Position numbers and translations under genes: made by a program
Notes under the pieces: generated by a model
Told to the model about the DNA's origin: nothing
Seen by the model: only the letters and a program-made list of their open reading frames with translations
Databases searched by the model: none
Part shown: in pieces, positions 23,674 through 37,054 of the stretch
Layout: each line of letters starts with the position of its first letter
Position numbering within the stretch: the first letter of the stretch is position 1
Origin: Octopus vulgaris
Taxonomy: Eukaryota
Length of the DNA stretch: 64,000 nt
Reading direction: 5' to 3'
NCBI GenBank assembly: GCA_951406725.2
Contig: OX597822.1
Coordinates: forward strand, 94,674,001-94,738,000

Positions 23674-25059
23674 GTGAGTAAACATACAGCTAACAACATA
23701 AATAAAAGAAATAGTAATTTTGGACTTGTCTAACTTGTAACTCTGTGGGTAGTTTTAAAAACCATGTTTATATTATCTTATTTTTTATTTTTTTAATTTT
23801 CTATTAATAAATAAAACACAAAAACATTAAAACATTGAGAAATATTTGCTGCAAATATTCTAAACAAAGCACTGAAAGACATTGTAAATATGTACTTTAA
23901 ATTAGTTGTTAAGGGGTTGATTCCGGTCTTGTCAGTTTTTATAATTTATAAGAATCATTAATATACTTAACAGCAACAACCGTCAAGCTCTAGAACAAAT
24001 TCCGAATGTAATAACATCAAACTGATTTAGAATGACAAAAGTTGTCAACTTCACAAATCTAATCATTATGCATAATCACTCAATCTGTCTGTCTGTCTCT
24101 CTCTCTCTCTGTCTCTGTCTCTCTCTGTCTCTGTCTGTCTCTGTCTCTCTCTCTCTCTCTCTCTCCTTATTGAAGTACTGGCATGATGGTTCTACTTTAG
24201 CAACACACAAAACAATATTTGATGAGCTCACTTTTCTCTACTGAATACCTCAGACAATTAGAAGACATTGTAAGATTGATTTAATGTCTTTATATGGCTA
24301 TATGACTAAGAAGCTTGCTTACCAACCTCTTGGTTTCAGTTTCAGTCCCACTGTGTGGTGCCTTGAGCGAATGTCTTTTATGGTAGTCCCAACCCATCTA
24401 AATCCTTGCGAGTGGCTTTTGTAGACGGAAACTAAAAGCTCATTTTTGCACGTGTGTTTTCTCTTGACTTCATGTAACGGTTGTCAATGAATATCACCAT
24501 CATACAATCAATGTCATTCTTTTCTGGTCTTCCTTGAAAAACATCTGATCATGGGGAAATGCTTGGAAACACGATGTCAAGACAAAGGCACACACATACA
24601 CATGTGCATACACACATCAGCAGGCTTCTTTTAGTTTCTGTCCACTTAATCCACTCAGAAGGCTTTGGTTGGCTCAGAACTATTGTAGAAGACCCCAGAT
24701 GCCCATCCTGTCTCTGGTTATAGCTCTGGATCAACCAAAGTCTTGTGAATGGATTTGTTGGAAACTAAAAGAAGCTTGTCTTATGCATATGTATATGTGT
24801 CTGTGCTTGTGTGCATTTGTGTTTGTTCATATTTCCTTGACCTTCACTGGTTTGTAAACAGTGTCTTCTTGACAGTGTTGTTTGCTTTGCAGTCCACCAC
24901 AAAAGCATGTCTGGGCTGTTGTTTGATAAACTGGGAAATTATTACTCTGCTTGGAAGTAAAAGGTTGTTGGTGACTGGAAGGTATCCATCAATAAAACTC
25001 TAGCCCAGTGCACTATAATTTAATTCATGAAAGTATGTGAAAGTGGAAATTCGCGGTTC

Positions 25060-25385
25060 CATCTGCACAGACCAACTACCTGTGGACCTGAGCGTTCGGA
25101 GAGGTCCTCCTTTATTGTCGTTGCCTAGGTCTTCAGCTGCCCGCCCTTGAGTTTGCACCAGCTGGGAAGTAGAGGTGAGAGGAGGACATTGTGAATCAGC
25201 TCACCCTCCGGACACCGGGCCGCATCACCGAACCACCTTAAGCACCATTGTAGAAGCACCAAAGGGAGGGGCCGGAGATTCAGGCGATGACGAAGACCGG
25301 CTGTAGAAACCCGATCAATGCGATGGAGATAGTCATTGTCGAACACCTCCAGCCCTCGCTGATCAACTACCCTCATAGGCCATGC
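25060..25385 (-). mobile_element. RTE-clade LINE ORF fragment
   Basis: LEVFDND...LRWFGDAARCPEGELI...GGQLKT resembles the RTE post-RT motif RLRWFGH..R. Confidence 0.85.
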
Positions 25386-25394
25386 AACATGACA

Positions 25395-26088
25395 TGACTT
25401 GGTAGACAGAAACTAAAAGAAGCCCATTATTTATATATATGTATATGTGTATATCTCTGTGTCTGCCTCCCCCACCACTGCTTGACAACAGGTGTTGGTG
25501 TGTTTATATCCCTGTAGCTTAGTGGTTGCTTAACAGATTGAGAGAATAAGTACCAGGCTTATGAAAATAAAACGTACTGGGCTTGATCTATTCAACTAAA
25601 ATCCTTCAAGGTGCTTCCCCAGCATAGCTGCAGTCTAATGACTGAAACAGATAAAAGAATAAAAGAATATATATATATTATATACTCTTTTACTCTTTTC
25701 AGTCATTTGATTGCGGCCATGCTGGAGCACCGCCTTTAGTCGAGCAAATCGACCCCGGGACTTATTCTTTGTAAGCCCAATACTTATTCTATCGGTCTCT
25801 TTTGCCGAACCGCTAAGTGACGGGGACGTAAACACACCAGCATCGGTTGTCAAGCAATGCTAGGGGGTCTAACACAGACACACAAACATATACACACACA
25901 TACATATATATATATACATATATACGACAGGCTTCTTTCAGTTTCCGTCTACCAAATCCACTCACAAGGCATTGGTTGGCCCGGGGCTATAGCAGAAGAC
26001 ACTTGCCCAAGATGCCACGCAGTGGGACTGAACTCGGAACCATGTGGTTGGTTAGCAAGCTACTTACCACACAGCCACTCCTGCGCCT
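25395..26088. mobile_element. Two SINE A copies tail to tail (25395-25667 +, 25685-26088 -)
   Basis: Both align to the family A consensus in opposite orientations. Confidence 0.9.
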
Positions 26089-26120
26089 ATGTATATATTG
26101 TACACACACACACACATATA

Positions 26121-26280
26121 AAGAAGCATTGGTTACAAAACGAGCATTAAATTTGGGTCGAAGACTTTACATATAACACCATGGTCAACAAACACATGCA
26201 TGATTAATGGTTTGAGGGGTGGTGTTGTGTGCAAAGTCGTGGACCCAAATTTAATTTTTGTTCTATAGCCAATGCTTCCT
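26121..26280. repeat. Imperfect inverted repeat, ~60-bp arms, ~40-bp spacer
   Basis: gaagcattggttac...ataacacca pairs with tggtgttgtg...gccaatgcttc. Confidence 0.85.
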
Positions 26281-26363
26281 TATCTTCGCCTCATTTATAT
26301 TTGAGCACTTCTTTTGCACTCCTATAAACCCTTTTGTTTCTATAATAGACAAATATTATTTCT

Positions 26364-26399
<36 letters not shown>

Positions 26400-26800
26400 T
26401 TCTCTTTCCAACTTAGAAATTAACATGGAACATACTGTAAGGTGTCTGTTTCTATGAATCTCATTAAGTTGATGGGGAACAAACCTATCCATTCTTTTGA
26501 CTTTTCCAGTTTTCTTCAAGTGTCAAGAAGCTGTTGCAGGAGATGTCTGGAGCTTTGATCCAATTTTTCGGACTGTTGTTCATGAATTTCATTTAATCAA
26601 AGCATTCAGTTCATCATGCCGAACAGCTGATTTTGGTCTCCATCTTGGTTCATTTTTTAAGGCTTTCATTTCCTGAACGAAATCTTTGGAACCATCTCGG
26701 AACAGTTCTAATTATTAACAGAATCATTACCAAAAGCCTGGTATTGTTCAGCTGTCAACATTGTCATAAGAGCAGTGGGTAACAATTTTAAGTATTGGTA
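26400..26800 (-). mobile_element. Decayed mariner transposase N-terminal fragment
   Basis: Minus strand WFQRFRSGNESL and an FVPHQLNE motif. Confidence 0.75.
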
Positions 26801-26972
26801 TTGTCTAGAAAGAAAAAGAGTTATGAGTAAACAGGCATATACATAGAAACTCATTGAAAATCCATTTAAAGATGACTCATAAGAAACCCATTTAAAATAC
26901 GATATTTCATGTGAGACAACCTAATCTATATATATATTAATTATATATATATTCATTAATCACATATGTATG

Positions 26973-27044
<72 letters not shown>

Positions 27045-27059
27045 ATATAAATTAACCTT

Positions 27060-28400
27060 TGATATAGGTAAATATTTCTGATCACTTATAGATAGTCATA
27101 GTCATTTTCCAATCAGTCATAGTTACAGAAAGCTCTTCAATAGACATAACTTAAAAATCAGTTTTAACTCAACTACTAATTTTTAAAATATAATCACATG
27201 CAACACACAAAAACAACAAAATGAAACCAGCTGTTCATGCAGAGTTAAAAATTTGTGCCCGCTAAATGGAGCTTGCATGTCCGAGACCATCATTTGTGAA
27301 GCCACCATAGATTCTACAACCACTAAGGACGTAGTTTCAACAAAGAAATATGTGGGCCTCACAGAGGGGAATTTTAAAGCCAGGTTCAACAATCACACCT
27401 TGAGTTTCAGACCATGGGATAAAAGAAAAACAACCAAATTATCCTGTCATATATGGTCCTTAAAAGAAAAAGGTGTCAATTATAACATTCATTGGAAGAT
27501 CTTAGCCAAGTGTAAGCCTCACACCAAAGGCAGTGGAAAGTACGTTCTTTGTTTATATGGAAAGATAGCTCATCTGGAAAAGCAGCTTAGACCCCGCTAC
27601 ATGTTTAAATTCAAGAACTGAACTTTTTGGATCATGTCCACATATGACTAAATATTTGTTACGTTTTTGGTCCCCACAAGATCACAGATAGAACCTGTTT
27701 TTTATATTGTGTCCATGTACAAGTATTTTATCTCTCTATATTTTTATATGTATATATATTTTTTTTTACATAGTTTTATATATATTTTTTAATATATTTT
27801 TATTGCTTTATATATTTTTTCTGTATATTACCTTTCACCCTGCATTTTTTGTGCATGTGCGTATATAGACGTGTATATGAATATATTTGTATGCGTATGG
27901 GTATATATATGTGCATGTGCACTGGTATGTATATGTGTACATGTGTATGGTTGCATATATATATGTATAAATATAGGTGGGTGTGTATGCATGTGTTTCA
28001 CGCGAATATGAGCATATGCGTATTTAGACATGTATATGAATATAATTGTATGCGTATGGGTATGTGTGTGTGTGTGTGCATGTGTGCAGATATGTATATG
28101 TGTACATGTATACGCGAATTCTATGAGCGTTTTTTACTTTCTCCCCTTTTGGGTTTTTTCCCTTTATTTAACGGTCATTCTAATTGCTCTTTTGTTTGTT
28201 TTAATAACAGTCATTTACATAGTAATTTCCCTTGTTTAACGGTCATTTTCATAGCATTTTTGTTTGTCTTAATAACTGATGAGATGCTGGAGCAGATTTC
28301 TGTCCCGACATCCAAAACTCAGAGTTTTATTATGGCAACCAAATAATTGTCACATATTATATTACAGACAAATTCCTCTATTTACATAATATTGAAGTCT
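27060..28400 (+). mobile_element. 5'-truncated Penelope-like element: GIY-YIG endonuclease remnant plus 3' terminal repeat
   Basis: 27062-27680 reads KLFNRHNLKISF, CSCRVKNLCPLNGAC, KKYVGLTEGNFKARFNNH, TKLSCHIWSLK, ELFGSCPH with stops and frameshifts; hammerhead-like motif at 28270-28332. Confidence 0.88.
28270..28332 (+). ncRNA. Degenerate type I hammerhead ribozyme of the Penelope-like element
   Basis: taataa-CTGATGA-gatg...catc-c-AAAA (for GAAA)-ctcagag-tt-ttatta; stems I and II pair. Confidence 0.6.
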
Positions 28401-28441
28401 CATTCATTCTTTTGTTGTCATACTATTACTATTATTAATTA

Positions 28442-29373
28442 TCATCATCATCATTTAGCGTCCGTTTTCCATGCTAGCATGGGTTGGACGGTTCAACTGG
28501 GGTCTGTGAAGCTGGAAGGCTTCATCAGGCCCAGTCAGATATGGCAGTGTTTCTACGGCTGGCTGCCCTTCCTAACGCCAACCACTCCGTGAGTGTAGTG
28601 GGTGCTTTTTACGTGCCACCTGCACAGGTGCCAGACAGAGCTGGCAAACGGCCACGAACGGATGGTGCTTTTACGTGTCACCGGCACGGGGGCCAGGCGA
28701 GGCTGGCAACGGACACGAACGGATGGTGCTTTTACGTCCCACCAACACGGGGGCCAGACAGAGCTGGCAAACGGCCACGAAACGGATGGTGCTTTTACGT
28801 GTCACCGGCACGGGGGCCAGGCAAGGCTGGCAACGGACACGAACGGATGGTGCTTTTACGTGCCACCGACACGGGGGCCAGACAGAGCTGGCAAACAGAC
28901 ATGAACGGATGGTGCTTTTATGTGCCACCAACACGGGGGCCAGACAGAGCTGGCAAATGGACACGAACGGATGGTGCTTTTACGTGCCACCGACACGGAG
29001 GCCAGACAGAGCTGGCAAACAGCCACGAACGGATGGTGCTTTTACGTGTCACCTGCACGGGGGCCAGGTGAGGCTGGCAACGGACACGAGCGGATGGTGC
29101 TTTTACGTGCCACCAACACGGAGGCTAGACGGGGCGGCGCCGGCCACGACCACGATCGGATGGTTCGCTTAACCACAGCTGCAATTCCCACTGATGTTGA
29201 TCGACCTCAATTTGGTTCTGCTTTCTGATATATGAATTGGTTTGGTTTGATTTTGATTTTGACTGTTCTCACTGGTCTTGCCGGGTTTTCTCACGCACAG
29301 CATACTGCCAAAGGTCTCGGTCTCTGGTCATTTCCTTGGTGAGACCTAAAGTTCGAAGGTCGTGCTTCACCAC
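28442..29373 (-). mobile_element. 5'-truncated RTE LINE: last ORF codons plus long 3' UTR with a tandem repeat and (GAT)n tail
   Basis: 29373-29269 reads VVKHDLRTLGLTKEMTRDRDLWQYAVREKTRQDQ*, contiguous with the family C repeat. Confidence 0.88.
28600..29165. repeat. GC-rich minisatellite, ~61-63-bp unit, about 9 copies
   Basis: ggatggt anchor at 28660, 28721, 28784, 28845, 28907, 28969, 29031, 29092, 29158. Confidence 0.95.
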
Positions 29374-29391
29374 CAAATTATATATATATAT

Positions 29392-29746
29392 ATGGTTCCG
29401 GGTTCAGTCCCACTGTGTGGCACCTTGGGCAAGTGTCTTCTACTATAGCCTCAGGCCAACCAAAGCCTTGTGAGTGGATTTGGTAGACGGAAACTGAAAG
29501 AAGCCTGTTGTATATATGTATATATATATATGTGTGCGTGTATGTTTGTGTGTCTGTATTTGTCCCCCTAGCATTGCTTGACAACCGATGCTGGTGTGTT
29601 TATGTCCCCGTCACTTAGCGGTTTGGCAAAAGAGACTGATAGAATAAGTACTGGACTTATAAAGAATAAGTCCCGGGGTCGAGTTGCTCGACTAAAAGCG
29701 ATGCTCCAGCATGGCCACAGTCAAATGACTGAAACGAGTAAAAGAG
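29392..29746 (+). mobile_element. SINE family A, 5' clipped
   Basis: Aligns from the B-box to the tail. Confidence 0.9.
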
Positions 29747-30590
29747 TATATAAATTAATTATATATTTTATTTTTTTATTTATTTATCTAGTCTCAGCTC
29801 ACGAGCTGTGGCCATGCTGGGGCACCGCCATTTAAAATTTTGATTTCCTGGCAGAGATTTGAAACCTCCATCTCTATTACGTCACTACTTCTAACACCTT
29901 GTGTGTGTGTTTGTTATTGTATCGTTTTATATGATCCATGAAAGTACAAACTCTTGTTTCTGGAGAAGCAAATGAGCTAGAATTATTTAATCAGGTTTAC
30001 TATTTTTTTTCCCATAGTATCTGTTGTGGTGCCAGTGGCAGTAACAAATGTGATTTCAATGTTACTGTTGATGATATTCATGTGTGTTGGTGGTCTTGAT
30101 ACTGATGCTGGTGTTGATCATGAATGCAAGCAGTATTGTGGTATTAGTAGTGACGTTGGCATTGGCAGTGGTGGTGATGGTGGTGATTATGGTAAAGGTA
30201 AAGATATTAAAATCATTGAAACATGCCTTAGTTGCTGACGGAAGGAAGAAAGAAAAGAAGAAACAGTGGTGCTTCTTAATCTCTTTATTATCCATTTTCC
30301 CGTTCTTGCTTGAATCGATTGGTTTTTGTAGATTTGATCATTTGCCTGTGTATTGAATGGGGTGTTCTTTACATGTGGCTGAAATACATGTGGCACTCAT
30401 TATCAGCTCTGTAGATTGATGGAATGCAGTTATTTCCTGGTTAAATTTATTTGTGTTAGTGTATGTTGCTATCTATAAAATTCTGTTCAAGGAATTCTTG
30501 AAAGTATTAAACAATTTTTATTTTCTATTCTATTTATACAAACCATCCATGCTCCAACCATCATCTCTGCTCACCGTTCCTAGGAGGTTC

Positions 30591-30955
30591 ATGCGGGTAG
30601 AGTCCTCAGGCACCTACTCCAAAGGGTCCTATCAGAAAGAGCCATCATTAAACTTTCTGGATGGATTCCTGGGCATGACCAATGGAGACTCTGGATATTA
30701 TCCAATTATCTCATTCTTGCTCAACCCCTAGATCTCCTGCTGGTTAGCTTGGCTTGAATATTCTACCTATAACTATAAGGTAGAATATTCAAGCCAAGCT
30801 AACCAGCAGGAGATCTAGGGGTTGACCAAAAATGAGATAATTGGATAATATCCAGAGTCTCCATTGGTCATGCCCAGGAATCCATCTGGAAAGTTTAATG
30901 ATGGCTGTTTCTGATAGGACCCTTTGGAGTAGGTACCTGAGGACTCTACCCACAT
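30591..30955. repeat. Long hairpin: 178-bp arms, 9-nt loop, 7 mismatches
   Basis: 30591-30768 versus reverse complement of 30778-30955; inner 48 bp perfect. Confidence 0.97.
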
Positions 30956-31155
30956 TCTGTAATATTGGATCTGTGGCCTATCCATGCAGAGAAGTAGCAA
31001 CTCAACCAAGAGCTATAAACCCTTACAGGTTATGTTACTCTTAAGATTCTTCATACAAACCCAAATTCAGCCGTTTGTATTCATGCTCATACCTTTTTTT
31101 GGTTATTACTCAGCATTCATGAGCATGGGTGAGGATAGGCCCAAACCATTTAAAC

Positions 31156-31468
31156 CAGTGATTCTCAACCAGGGTTCATATGGCTCCTGAGTGTCCATAA
31201 TTAAGATTTTGGTGGAGTCCATGCAACAAAATAGTAAATTGGGCATCCACAATAAGTATTTCAAGGGCCCCTGAAAATATTTTGTTTTAGATGTATATAT
31301 TGGTATGTCTTGCAAGAAACAGTAGCTTTCTTTCTCTAGCATTTTATGTAGTTCAACCTAAACAAGTTAATATGTGAAAAACAAAATAGGAATTTCAAAA
31401 TCTGGGGATCCACCAGAATAAAATAGCAATCAAAGGGGTCCATAGATAAAAATGGTTGAGAACCCCTG
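31156..31468. mobile_element. hAT-like MITE
   Basis: TIRs cagtgattctcaacc / ggttgagaacccctg; 8-bp TSD atttaaac / acttaaac. Confidence 0.85.
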
Positions 31469-31936
31469 ACTTAAACCATTTGAATTTTTTGTTTGTTGCA
31501 AGAGTAGGGGACAGTGGCTATGGCCTTCATAGGCCCCCCCCTACAGCAAGTAAGACTGATGCCATTTATGTTCCTCTTGGACCTTTATAAATCAATAATT
31601 GCAGGAAAGATATAAAGTAGGAGAGAATTCTAGAGGGCTGACAGTTAAGGAAGGAAGGACCTGGGTTTAGTGAGTAGTGTGGGGCTTAGTTGAGCCAGGT
31701 TGGTCACAACAAACTTGATGAGAGGAAGAGAGATAAGTGAATCGGACATGCCTGAATGGCGAAGAGGTGGATTGAGTCCAGTCACTTTGCAGAAGCCGAA
31801 GCCATTCTAGAAACTGTAAGGAAGCCTACAAAAAAGAGGAAGTACACTTGTGGGCCAAAAGCCGGAACATATCTAAGGGTGGTTTTCTGGCAATAAGACT
31901 TTGTATTTGTACTATATTCTGCCAATTTCTGTTTTA

Positions 31937-32338
31937 AGCGGGTGAGCTGGCAGAATCATTAGCAAGCCAGGAGAAATGCTTAGTGGCATTTCACTCATCC
32001 TCATGTTCTAAGTTCAAATTTCACTGAGGTTGACTTACCCTTTCTTTCTTTTGGGGGTTGATAAAATAGGTACCAGTCCCACCAATATTGCTGGCATTGT
32101 GCCAAATTTGATATCAATAAGTACCAGTAATGCACTGAGGTCAATGCAATCAAATAGCCCCCTTCTCCAAAATTTCAGACCTTGTGCCTTTAGTAGAAAG
32201 GATTATTATTATTATTATTTCTTTGAGGCAGTGAACTGGCAGAATTGTTAGCATGCCATCTGGCTTGCCAGTCCTCAGTCAAACCGTCCAACCCATGCCA
32301 GCAAGGAAAGCGGACGTTAAACGATGATGATGATGATG
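31937..32338 (+). mobile_element. Diverged SINE B units followed by a family C tail
   Basis: gagctggcagaatc head, (ATT)n spacer, ggaaagcggacgttaaac(gat)n. Confidence 0.75.
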
Positions 32339-33049
32339 AATATATTTTCTTCCAACTTAGTCTCTATTTAGCTGCAACGAATCCTCATTATATATATATT
32401 TTTTGTTTTTGTGTTTTCATTCCTGAATATGGGGACCCTGCAAGTGAGAGGTGTCAAAAATATAGATATGAAATTATTTAAGTGGAGAGAAAATTATAAA
32501 CAAAAATTATTTATTTATATATTTTTGTTAGTCACAAATGATATTAGTAGTAGTAGTGGTGGTTGTGGTGGGAGCAGGGCATAAGGATTGTGTATATATT
32601 TGATTACTTTTAGTCTGCATCATTGCTGCTCATTTCAGTTGTCTCTTGAATGTTGAAAGACATAAATCAATGCCTTCTCTCTTCCCCCTATCGAAACACA
32701 CATTTACCCGACCATACACACACACACACATACACACACACACATACACATTTCGTGAGATCTGAACAGTGAGGAACTTAACCAGACAATACAAAAGTAT
32801 TGAACAAAATGAAGAAAAAAATTGTAAAAAAGTGAAAAAAAGTGTTCCGAAACCAATGGTCTGGTCCAAAGATTTTGAAATCTGTCTGTCATGACAACAC
32901 TTCTCAAACCCATTCTTACACTATCTCTCTCTCTCTCTTTCTCCCACTCTCCCTCTCTCTCCTTTTCTCTTTCCTTTCTGCTCCCTCCCTTTACTTTTCT
33001 CTCTTGACTCATATCTTCCCCTTGTTGCAACTAATCTCTTTGTATCTTT

Positions 33050-33098
<49 letters not shown>

Positions 33099-33113
33099 TA
33101 CTACTACTACCAC

Positions 33114-33161
<48 letters not shown>

Positions 33162-34337
33162 CTCCTTTAAAAAAAAACAGAACAACTGTTCAACTTAAGT
33201 ATTTATTTCTATTTCTATCACATTGCATATTTTCCATCTCTCCCTCACCCTCTGTCACACACACACACACACACCTAAACCCCTATAGACATGCACATAC
33301 ACACCCTCTGAGAATTCATGATGAACCAAATCAATTTTAAAAGATCTCTACAGATTTAGAACTTCTGCACTGCCCTCCGAAGGTACCACCTGGATGGCTT
33401 AGTTACCATTTTAATAGTATTCCTTCTCTTGTTATTTTTCCTCTTCCTCTCTCTCTTTTATCTTTGTCCCCCTTCTATCATTTATCCTTATCCCTCCCCC
33501 CTCTCTCCCTCTCGTTTTCATTTTCTACTGCTTTGACACATATTGCAAACGCATACGCACTCACGAGTACGTGTGAACACACATAACACAAAGCATTACA
33601 CACTGCTCATTCATACGTAGACATTACATCAGACAGATCTCAAATGAACTAAACACTCTGGCACAATTTTGTAGAATGTGTGACTTGGTGCTTTCAGCAG
33701 CCCAGTAGTGCCAGTGCATTCTGAAAGTCTCGAAGACAAAACAAATGGAAAAAAAAAAAAAAGATTAAAAATGAAAGACAATGAAAAGTACAAGACATAC
33801 TAACAGACAAAACCAAAACAGTATTATTCTCCAAAAACAAGCTTTTCTATTAAGATTATCAAGTCTATTATTGATAACCATTAAGGGAAATATTTTTAGA
33901 TGTGGAAATACTCTTGCTAGCTTTTTCTGTTGTTGTTTTTGTTGCTTTTTTTATATTTTTATCATTGTGATATTGTATGAGAGGTAAGAGAGAGAGTGTA
34001 GGAAAAGAGAGAAAATGGTTTTGTTCAGCTGAGTTATTTGAATCTGTGTAGGAAATTTAGCTTTCAAAGACCATAAATATCAAAAATACTGTATTTCTGT
34101 AGTCACATCGTAATTTATTGGGCATTAAATGTTTATAATTAGATCAAAATTAAACAGAAAAATTCTAAGATGTTGGCATCCTTTTTTTTTATATACATAT
34201 CTTTTAAAATTTTCTCTATCAATTTATAATAATAATTCTTAAACTATTCTCAAACTACCAGTTCTTAAATTTTTGTAATTGATATTTATTTTGTGAACTG
34301 TAACCATAAAAGACGCTGCAATAATAATAATAATAAT

Positions 34338-34995
34338 TCGTTCGTTTATTGGCCACAAGGGCTAACAAAAATCAATTAAAACATAAAGGGACAAAACACA
34401 GGACGAAAGTTACAAAGGGTTTTGTCCATTTGAAAAAGTGTGTACAAAAGCAGGATGACAACGAAATACAAGTAACAAAACTCCCAATAGGGGGAGGCGC
34501 TTCAAAAGGTTACTCGTGGAAAAACCCATAAAAGCCATGGGAGCCTGATCAAAAGGGGGGTAGAGAGCCCCTTTCTCCTTTTATATTTCCTTTTAATTCT
34601 CACAGGTGTATCCTCAGAATTGGTCCGTTCATACTGGCCATTCTTGCGACATTCACCCACCTTTCAATAAACTTACAACCAGACATCACTTCCCTCTCTA
34701 CTCTCATCTTCCTTTTCAAGTGAAACTTGAAAAAGTTGAGGCTTTGGCCAAAGAGGAAAGTGTCTGACCTTAGCCCTTTCAAACGGGTCCACCATATCAC
34801 CTCTTTCGCTATAGCCACTAGGCAAAGGAAAACTGCCTTGCCCTCCTGGTTAAAGGAGGTCGGCAGGACAATCCTCACTATGGATTCAGCTGATAGCCGG
34901 ATCCGTCCTATACGCGACAGTAGCTGTTTGACATAAACCCATAGTTCAGCAATACTCGGGCACTGGACGAGTGCGTGCAGAACGGTTTCGTTAGC
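34338..34995 (-). mobile_element. 5'-truncated Tx1/L1-clade LINE 3' end
   Basis: ETVLHALVQCP (end of a CCHC knuckle) through AKEVIWWTR to the stop at 34600; 3' UTR with aataaa. Confidence 0.8.
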
Positions 34996-35003
34996 TTGCC
35001 ACC

Positions 35004-35045
<42 letters not shown>

Positions 35046-35425
35046 GTTATTATTATTATTTTTTTTTTTCCATGCTTGCATGTGTCAGACATAATTGTTT
35101 TGGCAGTTTTCTCAATAAATTCTTTCTGACCCATGCAAGCATGGAAAAGAGTACATTAAAATAATGCCTCACTTCTGCTATTAAATTTCTCAAAGTCCCA
35201 AACTAAGCTACTCTCACATATAATAACTTTTAACTACCATAAGAAAACTCTAACAAGCCCCCACCCACCTTCTCCAAAAAAAGAAACAATGAAATCACTA
35301 CAATTAGTATTACCAAAGAATTTGATGGCTGAGATTCTTATGAAACACACACCTCTTAATCAGAAAACACCCCATCCTCAGCTACCCAATCAGATATCTT
35401 GGTGGGTTTGACACTATTATGTGTG

Positions 35426-35457
<32 letters not shown>

Positions 35458-37054
35458 CAGAGAGAGAGAGAGAGATAAAATGGTATCAGCAGTACTTCAT
35501 TCATTTCTGTACCCATTTTTCATGCTAGCATGGGTTGGACAAATATATATGGAGACATTGTTTTATAGCCAGATGCCTTTTCTCAATAACTCTTGTCTGT
35601 TTTTGAAGTAATGGATATTTTTTTAATTCCACCTGTCTTTGAAAGTGTAAAAGTCTGAGATGATCTTTTTCAACTAGGAATGTTAACAGATATCACTGCT
35701 TTTGTTTTTTTTTTCGCTCTTTGCTTTGCATGTTAGGACACAGAATGTAAGCAATCAAACGGGTTCATGCACACATGTACTTATATACTCTGTTTTATCC
35801 ATCCGTTTCACTCACAAGCTTCACAGCCTCAGGCTACAAAAGAAGACTCTTACCCAGTGTGCCATTTGGTGAGATAGAACTTGAAACAGCGTGGTTGTAA
35901 AGCGAACTCTTTATCCACAAAGCCATGCCTGCATCCATTTATTATCTTTCCCATAAATCAATACAGAACAGAACGTTTTTGACCTTTTCCTATAAAAGTG
36001 CTTTTCAAGAACTCACTCTCTGTAGCTGTTTCCTGTTTTGACATACGAACTATTAACTAATCGCTTTCCTACATTAATCTCCTTACATGTGATGAGTATA
36101 TTTCTACAATATGTGGCTTCATTGCTGGGCTTTTTCATGAAGCCCCATTCAATAGAGGGCTTTCATGAGTAAGTCCATTTACAAAATAAAATCAATTTGT
36201 TACTCTGTGATTGCCTGAAAATGGAAGGAACTGACATAGAAACTATCTGTATGGTTGTCTAAAGATGACTGGAATGCTGATGATAAATAAAATACCTTGC
36301 TATATTTAGTTTCCACTAAGGACCTCTTTGAGAGCAACAAATTGGCAAAGTGAATAGAACAGCAGAAGACATACCTTGTGGTACTTACATTCCAAGTTGC
36401 ATTCTGAGTTCAAATCCTACTGAGGTCAACTTTGCTTTCCATCCTTCTAGGGCTGATAAGTCAACTACCAGTCTAGGATGGCAGAACTGCAGAAGTATTA
36501 GAATGTCATGGTGGTAATTGGTCCAGCATTCTCCCCCTTCTGTTTTTTCTCACTTATCCTCTCTCCAATTTTCTCCTCTCCCCTTCACAGTTCTCTATCT
36601 GTCACTATCTCCCTCACTCTTCCTCCCTTGCTCTTATGGTTTCCACATGACCATTGGCTGTCTTTCTTTTCCTAACTTGTTTCTTTCTTTCTCTCCATTG
36701 TAGTTGGATCAAGGAAGATGTGTTCTTGTCTGTCTCCTGCCCAAGCTTGACTTACGCGTTTGCCACCATAACCTTATTTAGGCTTAGCAGCCCTTCCTGT
36801 TTGTTTTCACTGTCCTGTTTGTGTTACCTTGTTGTTAAATGCTCGAAATATAAGAGTAGAAAAACAGCCAACAACTGACGAATGGTCATTCTTTGTTGTT
36901 TGTCTTGGTTTCCATTTGTGTCGTTCATTGTTCGAAAATATAGTTCATATTCCATGTACTCGTACTTCATATTTTTTGTTGTACACGTTTCATGATGTCC
37001 TGTACCCACTTATGCATATATATATATATACATATAGATGTAAGTATGCATATA

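Noticed and set aside
27232-27680. Selenocysteine recoding in the Penelope-like remnant
   Set aside because: No in-frame TGA at the cysteine positions I could read, and no SECIS recognised.
28600-29165. Regularly spaced repeats resembling a CRISPR array
   Set aside because: Whole units are homologous, with no unique spacers and no cas genes; it is a minisatellite inside an RTE 3' UTR.
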